From the NCBI GenBank assembly GCA_021852055.1, contig JAJZOD010000003.1, positions 15,884-79,883 on the forward strand: DNA of 64,000 nt, read 5' to 3'. Every line of letters starts with the position of its first letter. Within the stretch, counting starts at the first letter, position 1. Below are positions 9,145 through 17,608 of this stretch, piece after piece. The position numbers and the translations under genes are program-made. The notes under the pieces were generated by a model. That model had not been told where the DNA came from, made no database searches, and saw nothing but the letters and a program-made list of their open reading frames with translations. Origin of the DNA: Candidatus Micrarchaeota archaeon (lineage in GTDB: Archaea > Micrarchaeota > Micrarchaeia > Micrarchaeales > CABMGC01).

Positions 9145-11496
9145 TCAGTTCTTTCCAAGCGAGAACTGTATGCTGCCTATCCCTACTGCAGGGTTCTGCA
9201 GGCTTTGATTGTCAAGCTCAAAAAGCAGACCGTTTCCATTGATTCCAGGAGACAGTACAGTACTGAAGGTATAATTCTTCATTGGTCCGCTTATGTTTAG
9301 GTCGGCTATTGTAGATATTCCTGAATTTGTAAGAAGCCCTACCCGCAACTCTGAGATTTCCCCAAGCGATACCGCCCGTACTGTAATTATGGTGTTGACT
9401 CCATAATTGCCTGTGTAGTTATTGTTCAGATAAGGCGCATATGCAAGTACAAGCCCACCGGCTACCGGAACCCACAATGCAGTACCGGTGCTGTTCGAGT
9501 AGCTTGCATTCCAGTAAAGATAATTTGGAAATGCAACATAGCTCTTGAATATGGCATTGTTAACGGCATTCGCAGTGTCCCACGCAATCACAGTATCGTT
9601 ATTTCTGTCGTATATTGGGCTGCCAAAGATTCCCTCCAGATAATATCCTATCTCAGGAAGGGTTGTATTTGTGTATGCGTTTTCATTCAGCGTTACCACT
9701 GTTGTGTTGTAAAGATACAGCGCTAGGAGCGTCTGATTAGTGTAGTTTTCATTTATTACAGAACTATAGCTCAGATTGCCGCCTGCCTCAAGGTCTGCAG
9801 ATTGAATTATAAGCGGTATGTTGTAAAGGGTGCTCTCCTGCGATGTGTTCTCACGCGTAAGGTAGCCTCCTATTATCGGCTTGTTTGTGAACATAGTGTA
9901 AAACATATCCATTCCTGGGTACAGTTCAGAAAGTGTGGAGTTCTGGTTAAGTAGCGCAGGCAGCGAAAGCACAGAGAAGTTCTTATTTACAGTCCCAAGA
10001 TATTTATAAAAAGGTGATACGTTCACTACCGTTGTCATGTTAGCGGCTAATCCGCCGGACAACGGTGGTGTGGCAGTCTCAGCAAGTATGAGGACCGATA
10101 TGATAATGGTCACGGCTATCATGGCATTCCTGATGGTGCCGAATCTTGCTGCATGCTTGTGAATTTTTTCCAATATTGCTTTCACGCCATAAGCTGCAAG
10201 TATGGCCATAACAACAGAAACCAGCATGTCGAAGCGTCCCGGCTCCCTAAGAACGCTGAATCCTGGTACTGCCTTCAGAAGCAGATACGGTCCAGGTATG
10301 GGTGTTATGTAATTTGCTATTATTATGTAAGGCCCTAGAGCTATCAGGAAAAATATCACGCCTAAAGCAATCCACATGTACGTGGGCCTGCGCGTCTTAT
10401 AAATCCCATAAGCTGCAAGCGCAAGAACAGTATAGCCTATATACGAAGTGGTTTCCCCGATATCCTGATGGTATATGCTTACATAAGACTGGGCAACGCC
10501 ATTTAGCAGGCCGTTGTAAAAGCTGGGCAGGAAGAATGACAGGACATCGTCGCTCCATATGGCATTGTGGTATAAGTCATTAAGCTGGTTTACTGTACTG
10601 TTGGAATAGTTGGTGATTACAGGTATAAATGCCCACGAACCAAAAACAAAGGCGCAGAATATAAAAACAAGCATGAGTGCGCCAAACTCCCTGTTCAGCA
10701 CCTTTGCGCGGGATTTGCTCGCTGCGTAAAAAACAAATATTAGAATAAGCATCAAAGAAACAATTATGCCCTGCTCTATGTCACCCATGAACATTGTTAC
10801 TACGAACAATGCTGCAAACAAAACAGCAGTGAAGTACTTGCCATGCCTTATCCTAAGATAATCCCTGTTTATTATTCTGAGGAACATGTAAAGCGCTATA
10901 GGCACGAGTTCTATGTTTGCATAATCAAGGTGGCCGTAGGATTGCGCAATATGGAATGCGCTAAACGTGAATGCAAGTCCTGCTACAAAAGCCGCATACT
11001 TGTTCTTGACAATGTAGTCTGCAAGTATGTACATGCTAAATCCAGAGAGCATTATGCCTATGAAGAACAGGGCATTATACGCAAAAGCCGGGCCTATCGC
11101 CTGCAGCGGATAGACTATCAGCGCACCTATAGGCATCATTGTCTGGTATATAAGGTTAGCGCCTACAGGCCAGAATACAAGCGAAGTAGTCCAGAAGCTC
11201 TGATGCATGCTTAACAATGCGTGGCCTACCCACCATAAATTCCACATGCTCTGATACGGATCCCCGCCAACTCCTGCAACTGTATTGGTAATTCCTGTAG
11301 TTATGGGCCAGAAGATTATAAATGCTATCAGAAGGTATGCAATAAGCACGGCAAAATTAAGCCTGTTTGATATAAAAAAACCAGCTACGCCATTGTTCCT
11401 TTTCGGTGCAGCTCCAGAACTGCCACTGCCTGCTGCGCCCATGCCCCCTTGGCCGGCGTCAACTGCATGTACGTGCGCTTGCTCTGCCTCCATCAC
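9145..11496 (-). CDS. Large polytopic membrane protein with a sequon-rich C-terminal extracytoplasmic domain (GT-C-like candidate); paralogue of 17609..19942
   Basis: More than 12 hydrophobic segments. Conserved MWNLWW, FWPVGANL and SFFLPSFYNGLL are shared with the paralogue. The listed start is GTG 11496, with an ATG at 11493. Confidence 0.75.
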   Translation of the reverse strand: MMEAEQAHVHAVDAGQGGMGAAGSGSSGAAPKRNNGVAGFFISNRLNFAVLIAYLLIAFIIFWPITTGITNTVAGVGGDPYQSMWNLWWVGHALLSMHQSFWTTSLVFWPVGANLIYQTMMPIGALIVYPLQAIGPAFAYNALFFIGIMLSGFSMYILADYIVKNKYAAFVAGLAFTFSAFHIAQSYGHLDYANIELVPIALYMFLRIINRDYLRIRHGKYFTAVLFAALFVVTMFMGDIEQGIIVSLMLILIFVFYAASKSRAKVLNREFGALMLVFIFCAFVFGSWAFIPVITNYSNSTVNQLNDLYHNAIWSDDVLSFFLPSFYNGLLNGVAQSYVSIYHQDIGETTSYIGYTVLALAAYGIYKTRRPTYMWIALGVIFFLIALGPYIIIANYITPIPGPYLLLKAVPGFSVLREPGRFDMLVSVVMAILAAYGVKAILEKIHKHAARFGTIRNAMIAVTIIISVLILAETATPPLSGGLAANMTTVVNVSPFYKYLGTVNKNFSVLSLPALLNQNSTLSELYPGMDMFYTMFTNKPIIGGYLTRENTSQESTLYNIPLIIQSADLEAGGNLSYSSVINENYTNQTLLALYLYNTTVVTLNENAYTNTTLPEIGYYLEGIFGSPIYDRNNDTVIAWDTANAVNNAIFKSYVAFPNYLYWNASYSNSTGTALWVPVAGGLVLAYAPYLNNNYTGNYGVNTIITVRAVSLGEISELRVGLLTNSGISTIADLNISGPMKNYTFSTVLSPGINGNGLLFELDNQSLQNPAVGIGSIQFSLGKN

Positions 11497-11569
11497 TGCA
11501 CCTAAGCAGCTATTTATTGCACCGCAAGAATAAAAGGTTATGCCACAGTTTCACAAATTAGGGGCTTGG

Positions 11570-11656
11570 CATTTACATTCAATTGCCTCGTCAATTCCAA
11601 AAGAGTCCTTCAATAACTGGGAGGTATCCGAGAATACAGGAAAACACGTGAATTTT
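11570..11656. repeat. Intergenic conserved element, copy A (candidate sRNA or cis-regulatory module)
   Basis: 87 nt with 3 mismatches to 13736..13822 by hand alignment. Ends at a T5 run, with a TATA-like AATAAAAGG ~35-40 nt upstream on the + strand. Confidence 0.6.
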
Positions 11657-11874
11657 TACGGTCTTCATCACATGTTTTCATCTCCTAGAAGGCGACCGAT
11701 GTACTTATTGCATCTGTGCATCTGGCTCAGGAGACTCACAGTAATCCATCTTTACTATGACAAAAGAGAAGAGAAAAGCCTCCAAATAATAAAAACAGAG
11801 ATTATTTAATTTGACAAGCTCCTATATGTAGTCTTTAATTCAATAAATTTAAGGATAAATATAACAAGCAAAAG

Positions 11875-13662
11875 CTACGTAGGAAAGGCTATGGCTACAG
11901 GGGAGCTAAATCCAGAAGTCCATGAGCCTATTACGCCGCCAGTGGAGGGATTTATCTCTATGACGTTGCCAGAATTGAAATTAGAAACGTATGCGTTTCC
12001 GGAGTAGAAGGCTATGCCTGCAGGATAATCAAACCCAGAATTCCATGAACCTATTACATCGCCATTGGAAGGGTTTATCTCTACGACGTTGCCAGAACCA
12101 GCATTAGCAACGTATGCGTTTCCGGAGTAGAAGGCTATGTCAAAAGGATTGCTAATTCCGGAAGTCCATGAACCTATTGCGTCGCCAGTGGAGGGATTTA
12201 TCTCTACGACGTTGCTAGAAACTTGATTAACAACGTATGCGTTTCCGGAGTAGAAGGCTATGCCTCCAGAACCGTAAAACCCAGAATTCCATGAACCTAT
12301 TACATCGCCATTGGAAGGGTTTATCTCTACGACGTTGCCAGAACCAGCATTAGCAACGTATGCGTTTCCGGAGTAGAAGGCTATGCCTTCAGGACTGCTA
12401 AATCCAGAAGTCCATGAACTTATTGCGTCGCCATTGGAAGGGTTTATCTCTACGACGTTGTCTGAACCGAAATTGTAATTAACAACGTATGCGTTTCCGG
12501 AGTAGAAGGCCATGCCATGAGAATAGTAAAATCCAGAAGTTATTGCATCGAGAACATTTCCGGTAGTTACATCTACAATACTTACATAGTTTGAATTAGC
12601 TACATATGCATAAGGGTCATTTGTCACAATGACATTGATAGGAGTGCTTGTTGCCTGGTTGCCTTGATTGTTTGAGGTTTGTACATCGAATTGATATGTG
12701 CCGGTAGTTGCGCCTGATGGAAGTGAAAAGAGGTAGGTGTTTGAGGTTGCACCGGATATTTCAGAGAATGACGATGCTCCTGGAGCTTCTTCGTACCATT
12801 GAAAGTTTGTTGCACCGCATGATTGAGTTGTTGTTAGAGTAGTACTTTTAAGACCGCTTAAGAACATTTCTGAATAGGTTGTATTTACCAACGCACATAC
12901 GGGACTTGTCTGTAGATTGAAAGCGTATACCCCATAAGATACCATAGCGATACGAGTAAGATCAGATACACTAAATGAATAAGCACCATCAAATTGCATA
13001 TTACATATAGCTCCGAGAGCCGACTCGGAATAGTCATTATATTCGTAAGCCTGAAACACCTGCGAGCATCCAGAAGGAAGATTATTAAAATAACAAGGAG
13101 TTCCGTTCGCTCCTTCTTCTCCACATGCCACTAGAATGACAACGTAAGATGGATGTGACAAAGTATAAGAGATCGGATATGAATCATTGCTTTCCTGACC
13201 TGATGAGGAAGTGACTGTATACGGAAGATTTGTCGTGACACCTATGCCGCCAATAATTATATTTGCATTTGTATTGCTTGATGCGCTGCATGTGAGACTT
13301 GTCTGATGACCTACACTCGTACTATGGTATATGTCATTTACATCAGAGGTCCATGAAGGTGTAAGACCTGCGTTTACCCCTTGATTTGCGCCAATACCTA
13401 CCGCACCGGCGCAAAATATTACATTGCCTGAAGAGACAGTTGCTGATGCTGAGGTTGTACCGCCACCGGTGCCATAAACATATGTAGGCGAAGAGGCAAG
13501 TCCTGTTAGGCTTCCGCCTGAGCCACTAGGATTTCCTGAACCGCTTCCAGGCGCGCTCAATGATGGCACCTGGAAATGCCAAAGAAAAAGGCCCGCAACT
13601 ATTGCAATAATTAACACTACAATTACTGCTCCAATTACATGTATAGTTTTCCCATCAGCCAC
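11875..13662 (-). CDS. Membrane-anchored secreted protein with an Ig-like module and a C-terminal ~6-bladed NHL/YVTN-type beta-propeller
   Basis: N-terminal TM (VIGAVIVVLIIAIVAGLFLW). Repeated ~41-aa blades GIAFYSGNAYVxNxxSGNVVEINPSxGDxIGSWxSGF. GTG start at 13662. Confidence 0.75.
   Translation of the reverse strand: MADGKTIHVIGAVIVVLIIAIVAGLFLWHFQVPSLSAPGSGSGNPSGSGGSLTGLASSPTYVYGTGGGTTSASATVSSGNVIFCAGAVGIGANQGVNAGLTPSWTSDVNDIYHSTSVGHQTSLTCSASSNTNANIIIGGIGVTTNLPYTVTSSSGQESNDSYPISYTLSHPSYVVILVACGEEGANGTPCYFNNLPSGCSQVFQAYEYNDYSESALGAICNMQFDGAYSFSVSDLTRIAMVSYGVYAFNLQTSPVCALVNTTYSEMFLSGLKSTTLTTTQSCGATNFQWYEEAPGASSFSEISGATSNTYLFSLPSGATTGTYQFDVQTSNNQGNQATSTPINVIVTNDPYAYVANSNYVSIVDVTTGNVLDAITSGFYYSHGMAFYSGNAYVVNYNFGSDNVVEINPSNGDAISSWTSGFSSPEGIAFYSGNAYVANAGSGNVVEINPSNGDVIGSWNSGFYGSGGIAFYSGNAYVVNQVSSNVVEINPSTGDAIGSWTSGISNPFDIAFYSGNAYVANAGSGNVVEINPSNGDVIGSWNSGFDYPAGIAFYSGNAYVSNFNSGNVIEINPSTGGVIGSWTSGFSSPVAIAFPT
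11878..12600 (-). repeat. Intragenic tandem repeat, 123-nt period, encoding the propeller blades
   Basis: About 6 units. 12031..12139 is identical to 12277..12385 (109 nt). Confidence 0.85.
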
Positions 13663-13735
13663 ATTTGCACCAAATACAACTTACTTAAGAAATAATTATA
13701 TATCCTATGGTCTTACACTGCTGTTAGGAACCTTA

Positions 13736-13822
13736 CATTTACATTCAATCGCCTCGTCAATTCCAAAAGAGTCCTTCAATAACTGAGAGGTATCCAAGAA
13801 TACAGGAAAACACGTGAATTTT
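13736..13822. repeat. Intergenic conserved element, copy B
   Basis: Matches 11570..11656. Further shared blocks lie downstream: TCTCCTAGAAGGCG at 13834..13847 versus 11681..11694, a purine-rich CAAAAGAGAAGAGA block, and AATTTGNCA..TCCTAT. Confidence 0.6.
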
Positions 13823-14035
13823 CGCTGTTTTTATCTCCTAGAAGGCGGCTAAACTGCTACGGGAGACGTACCTCTCATATATCAAAAAGAGAGAAGAGAG
13901 AAATAGAATTTATCATACCTTAAAGTTTATAATTTGTCAGGTTCCTATTCACAAATGTTGATTTCTACTGCAAAATTAACGTTCTTGATTCTCTATTCAA
14001 ATCATGTACAAGGAAGCACTTCAAGCAGCATGAGA

Positions 14036-15976
14036 TTACTTGAACCTCATGCTGTCTAAATCCATCGGCGCCCTTGCCTCAACCCTAAATCTGTTCCCTA
14101 GTGTCCGCGCAAGATCGTCGCACTTGCTCTCTTCCCCATGCATCGTATATATCCTTTTTGCAGCAGGCCTCAGATGCTCTACAAAACTTATAAGCTCTGA
14201 TCTGTTGCTGTGGCCGGAGAACATATCCATAGTCTTAACCTGCATATTTATCTTCATAGGCTCCATGCGCCCATCTTCACCTGGCATCATGGTTTCTGTA
14301 ATGCCATTCTGTACCCTCCTCCCAAATGACGTGGGGCTGTTCCATCCTACGAATATGATAGCGTTTTTAGGATCCTCTGCAAGCACTTTGAAGTACTCCA
14401 AACTTGTGCCTCCGTTGAGCATTCCTCCGCTTGCGAGTATGACTGCCGGTCCCTTCTCAACTATCTCGCTTCTCTCTCCTTTTGCAACCTCGAATATCTC
14501 GCTCTCGAAAGGAGAGTTGTTGTTTAGTATCCTGTGCCTAAGCCCCATTTTCAGATACTCCGGATAAGCAGTATGTATTGCACTGGCTTCAAGTATCATC
14601 CCATCAAGAAACACTGGCGCTTCTATCTTGAAGGTTTTGTTATTGGCAATGTAACTCTCAAGAACAAGCTGTAGCTCCTGCGCCCTGCCTATGGCAAACA
14701 GTGGTATAAGAACCTTTCCGCCGTTGTCTACTGTCCTCTTAATGAAGTCCATTATCTCAAATTCACCATGCTGCCTGTTCTGCCCTGTGTCACGCGGTCC
14801 GCCGTGGGTGCTCTCCATAAACAGCGTGTCTATCCTTGGATATTTTGTGTCTGCCTGGTCGAAAAGCCTTGTAAATCCGTATTTCATGTCTCCGGTATGC
14901 ACTATGTTGTATAAGCCCTCTCCTATGTGCAGATGCACGGTTCCGCTGCCGAGTATGTGGCCTGCATTGTGATATGTAAGCTTTATCTCGTCTGTTATGT
15001 TTGTGACTTCGCCGTACTCCCTCGGTATCATATGCATAAGTGCGTTCTTTATGTCCTTTTCGCCGTAAAGCGGCGTTCCCCCGGACCTCATGACAAGCTT
15101 GTTATAGTCATAAAGCGATAATGCTGCAAGATCCCTTGAAGGCGGCGTGCAGTAAACGGGGCCGTTGTAGCCGAACTTGTAAAGATATGGTATAAAGCCC
15201 ATGTGGTCCATGTGCGCATGCGTAAGCACAACCGCATCAAGGTCGTTTATGGTTATATTTGCGCTGTCAAGATACGGAAACGCCTTGTTCTCCGTTGCTG
15301 ATGTATCAAAACCCTTTATTCCGGGCTCTGCGCTTATGCCGCAGTCTATCAGTATCTTGGAGTGGTTTGTTTCTATTAGCAGGCAGCTCCTTCCGACTTC
15401 ACGAAAGCCTCCTAGGGCAGTTGCCTTAACCCACTCACTCTTTACCATTGGCTGGTTTATCTTTTTGCCAAGCGTGGAAAGGAACTTTTTCCTGAACTCG
15501 CTTTCCTTAACAACAAGCCCTCTGACGCCCTTTATAACATCACTGTTCATTGTTGGTATACGCAGTACCTTTGGCACCCAGTTAGTTTCAGATATTATCT
15601 TTATGAGCGTAGAGCCTCCTTTGCCTATAACCAGCCCCGGCTTCATCGCTTCTATATAAACCTGAGAAAATCCCCTGTCAAACTTTATGCCGTCTTCATT
15701 CACGCCTGCTTCTGCAGGTATTATCTCAATTATCTTCTTAAGCGCAGATTCCTCATCAGTAAGATGCTTCTCATCACTCCTGACTATGAGCCTTTTCTTT
15801 ATTGCAGATGATATGTTTCTTATGACATTCTCATCGTTATATACATAAGCGACATCCTTCACGTAAACTGCTACGTCGGGCCCCTCAAACTCCACATCAG
15901 AAATCCCGGCCTCTTCAGGCATAAGTTCTCTTATCTTCTCCTTTATGTCTTTTGTCTCCTGCGCTTCCTTGTCCAA
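14036..15976 (-). CDS. fttA: aCPSF1/FttA: KH-domain, metallo-beta-lactamase, beta-CASP ribonuclease (transcription termination factor)
   Basis: N-terminal KH region (GLVIGKGGSTL), HxHxDH motif (THAHMDHMG) and beta-CASP/RMMBL C-terminus. 646 aa is typical of aCPSF1. Confidence 0.93.
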   Translation of the reverse strand: MDKEAQETKDIKEKIRELMPEEAGISDVEFEGPDVAVYVKDVAYVYNDENVIRNISSAIKKRLIVRSDEKHLTDEESALKKIIEIIPAEAGVNEDGIKFDRGFSQVYIEAMKPGLVIGKGGSTLIKIISETNWVPKVLRIPTMNSDVIKGVRGLVVKESEFRKKFLSTLGKKINQPMVKSEWVKATALGGFREVGRSCLLIETNHSKILIDCGISAEPGIKGFDTSATENKAFPYLDSANITINDLDAVVLTHAHMDHMGFIPYLYKFGYNGPVYCTPPSRDLAALSLYDYNKLVMRSGGTPLYGEKDIKNALMHMIPREYGEVTNITDEIKLTYHNAGHILGSGTVHLHIGEGLYNIVHTGDMKYGFTRLFDQADTKYPRIDTLFMESTHGGPRDTGQNRQHGEFEIMDFIKRTVDNGGKVLIPLFAIGRAQELQLVLESYIANNKTFKIEAPVFLDGMILEASAIHTAYPEYLKMGLRHRILNNNSPFESEIFEVAKGERSEIVEKGPAVILASGGMLNGGTSLEYFKVLAEDPKNAIIFVGWNSPTSFGRRVQNGITETMMPGEDGRMEPMKINMQVKTMDMFSGHSNRSELISFVEHLRPAAKRIYTMHGEESKCDDLARTLGNRFRVEARAPMDLDSMRFK

Positions 15977-16056
15977 TAAATCACAGTCAAAGTAGTTAAA
16001 GTATACACTCTACAATATGCAATTATTACAATGTGCAATAAAAGTAAACGTCAGAT

Positions 16057-16698
16057 TCACTTAAGCATTTTTTCTATCTCGTCCTTGCTGAACTCCTTGT
16101 AGCCTTTTTTGGTTATTGCCACCATTTTTATGCCGTCCCCAGTTGCCGAGTCTCTTTTCATGGCTATCTTAAGCGCTTTAGCTATGTGCCTTGCAGCATC
16201 CTGCGTAGACATGCCATCCTGGTACACGCTCTCCATATAGCCTGTTGCAGCTATAGAGCCGCTTCCTGTTGAAGCGAACTTGGATTCTTTTATGTTTCCG
16301 CCGACAGGATCAACACTGTATACCTCTGGAACGTTATTATTCATGCCTCCAAGTATAAGCTCTACATAAAAAGGCATCATCTTGTTCTCCTGCATTATAA
16401 GTGAAATTATTGATGTCGCCGATTTCGGAGTCATAGGCTTGCCCTCGTTCATGCTATATATCTCGCTCTGAACCTTGAGGATCTTCACCAGATATTCGGC
16501 ATCTCCTACTCCGCCGGCTATTGTCATGCCCAGATTATCGTTTATTTTGTGTATCTTGATTGCCTCAGAGCTGAATATGTATGTGCCTCCTGTGGCCCTT
16601 ACATCTGATCCAAGTACTACTCCGTCGCTGCACACTAGCCCGAGCGTCGTTGTTCCATGCCTTACTCCTTCTGGAAATACTCTATTGTCCATATACAA
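16057..16698 (-). CDS. psmB: Proteasome beta subunit
   Basis: A propeptide is followed by the G|TTTLGLV catalytic Thr, then GSGS. Confidence 0.93.
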   Translation of the reverse strand: MYMDNRVFPEGVRHGTTTLGLVCSDGVVLGSDVRATGGTYIFSSEAIKIHKINDNLGMTIAGGVGDAEYLVKILKVQSEIYSMNEGKPMTPKSATSIISLIMQENKMMPFYVELILGGMNNNVPEVYSVDPVGGNIKESKFASTGSGSIAATGYMESVYQDGMSTQDAARHIAKALKIAMKRDSATGDGIKMVAITKKGYKEFSKDEIEKMLK

Positions 16699-16899
16699 CC
16701 CTCTTTCAATTTTTAAATCTCAAATGCAGGGAATACTGTTCCTCTGCCTTTTCCCGATACAGCCGAATAAAGCATTAAATGCGCCTATGCCATACTTCAT
16801 GCTATATTACATCCATTTTCTATCATTAAATATTATTAAATTTTAATACTGTAAAAATTCAACAAAATAATAAAAGTATTAAAATAAAATAAACAGGTC

Positions 16900-17151
16900 T
16901 TATAATACTTGGCTACCATTACCTATAAAATACTTACTGCCCTGCATCATTTCTGCAAGTTCCGCATATGCGAATGTCCTGTACAATTTTGTTATCCTTA
17001 CGCGGTGTGTTTTGCCGATTCGCGCATGTGCGTTGCGCACAAAAACGACTACGTCGTTTATTCTTCCTATCCCCTCGCCCTTAGGATTTCTCGCATTCAG
17101 GCGCACATCGTATGTTCCCCCTTCTACTAATTCATTCGTCTCCATTTCCAT
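16900..17151 (-). CDS. TRAM-domain RNA-binding protein
   Basis: GGTYDVRLNARNPKGEGIGRINDVVVFVRNAHARIGKTHRVRITKL is the typical stand-alone archaeal TRAM fold pattern. Confidence 0.75.
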   Translation of the reverse strand: MEMETNELVEGGTYDVRLNARNPKGEGIGRINDVVVFVRNAHARIGKTHRVRITKLYRTFAYAELAEMMQGSKYFIGNGSQVL

Positions 17152-17608
17152 TCCCCAATATCTCTAATCTTACAATTAGTATTTAAATCTTCTCTACAAA
17201 AAAGAAGCTGTAAATCCAAATATCTCATGATTTTGCAACGTTTCTGCTTTGTATTCCATAACGTTCAGGCATCTGATTTATCGTCAGCAGAATAATTGCT
17301 TTTTTACGTTCCCACGTACTCCAAAATAAGCATCGCGTTCAAGCCGCGGTGCATAAAATTTGATAAACATCAAGAAGAGGAATTTCCTAAACAAAACAAA
17401 CAGAAGCAGTTGGATCTGAAAAGTTGACTTCTAATGTTTTAGTCTTAAATTCACGTATAGATTGCTGTACTTTCTGTGCTTTGTTATTTTATCATTTTAA
17501 GAATTAGCTGTAATGCCCTACTTAAACTGAAATTCCTTCTTCGCACTATTACTATGCACTAACTGGTATATAAAGCCATACCCCAAAGCCTTATAAGTAA
17601 ACTCAATC

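Noticed and set aside
11660-11690. Box C-like GTGATGA on the minus strand next to repeat copy A (possible C/D sRNA)
   Set aside because: I could not find a convincing D, C' or D' box at the right spacing. This segment is exactly the 13-nt-plus region missing from copy B.
11540-11809. 89-aa + strand ORF covering intergenic repeat copy A
   Set aside because: The equivalent frame in copy B is interrupted (AAT AAC TGA where copy A has TGG). The two copies diverge outside the 87-nt core, and the composition is not protein-like. It is treated as non-coding.
11878-12600. Regularly spaced direct repeats that might suggest a CRISPR array
   Set aside because: The repeats lie inside a long ORF and encode 41-aa propeller blades. 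The period is 123 nt with no unique spacers, and there are no cas genes.
14040-14567. 175-aa ORF antisense to aCPSF1
   Set aside because: This is a shadow ORF on the opposite strand of a strongly supported gene, with Ser/Leu/Pro-rich composition. The same reasoning applies to 15201..15659 and 14691..14972.
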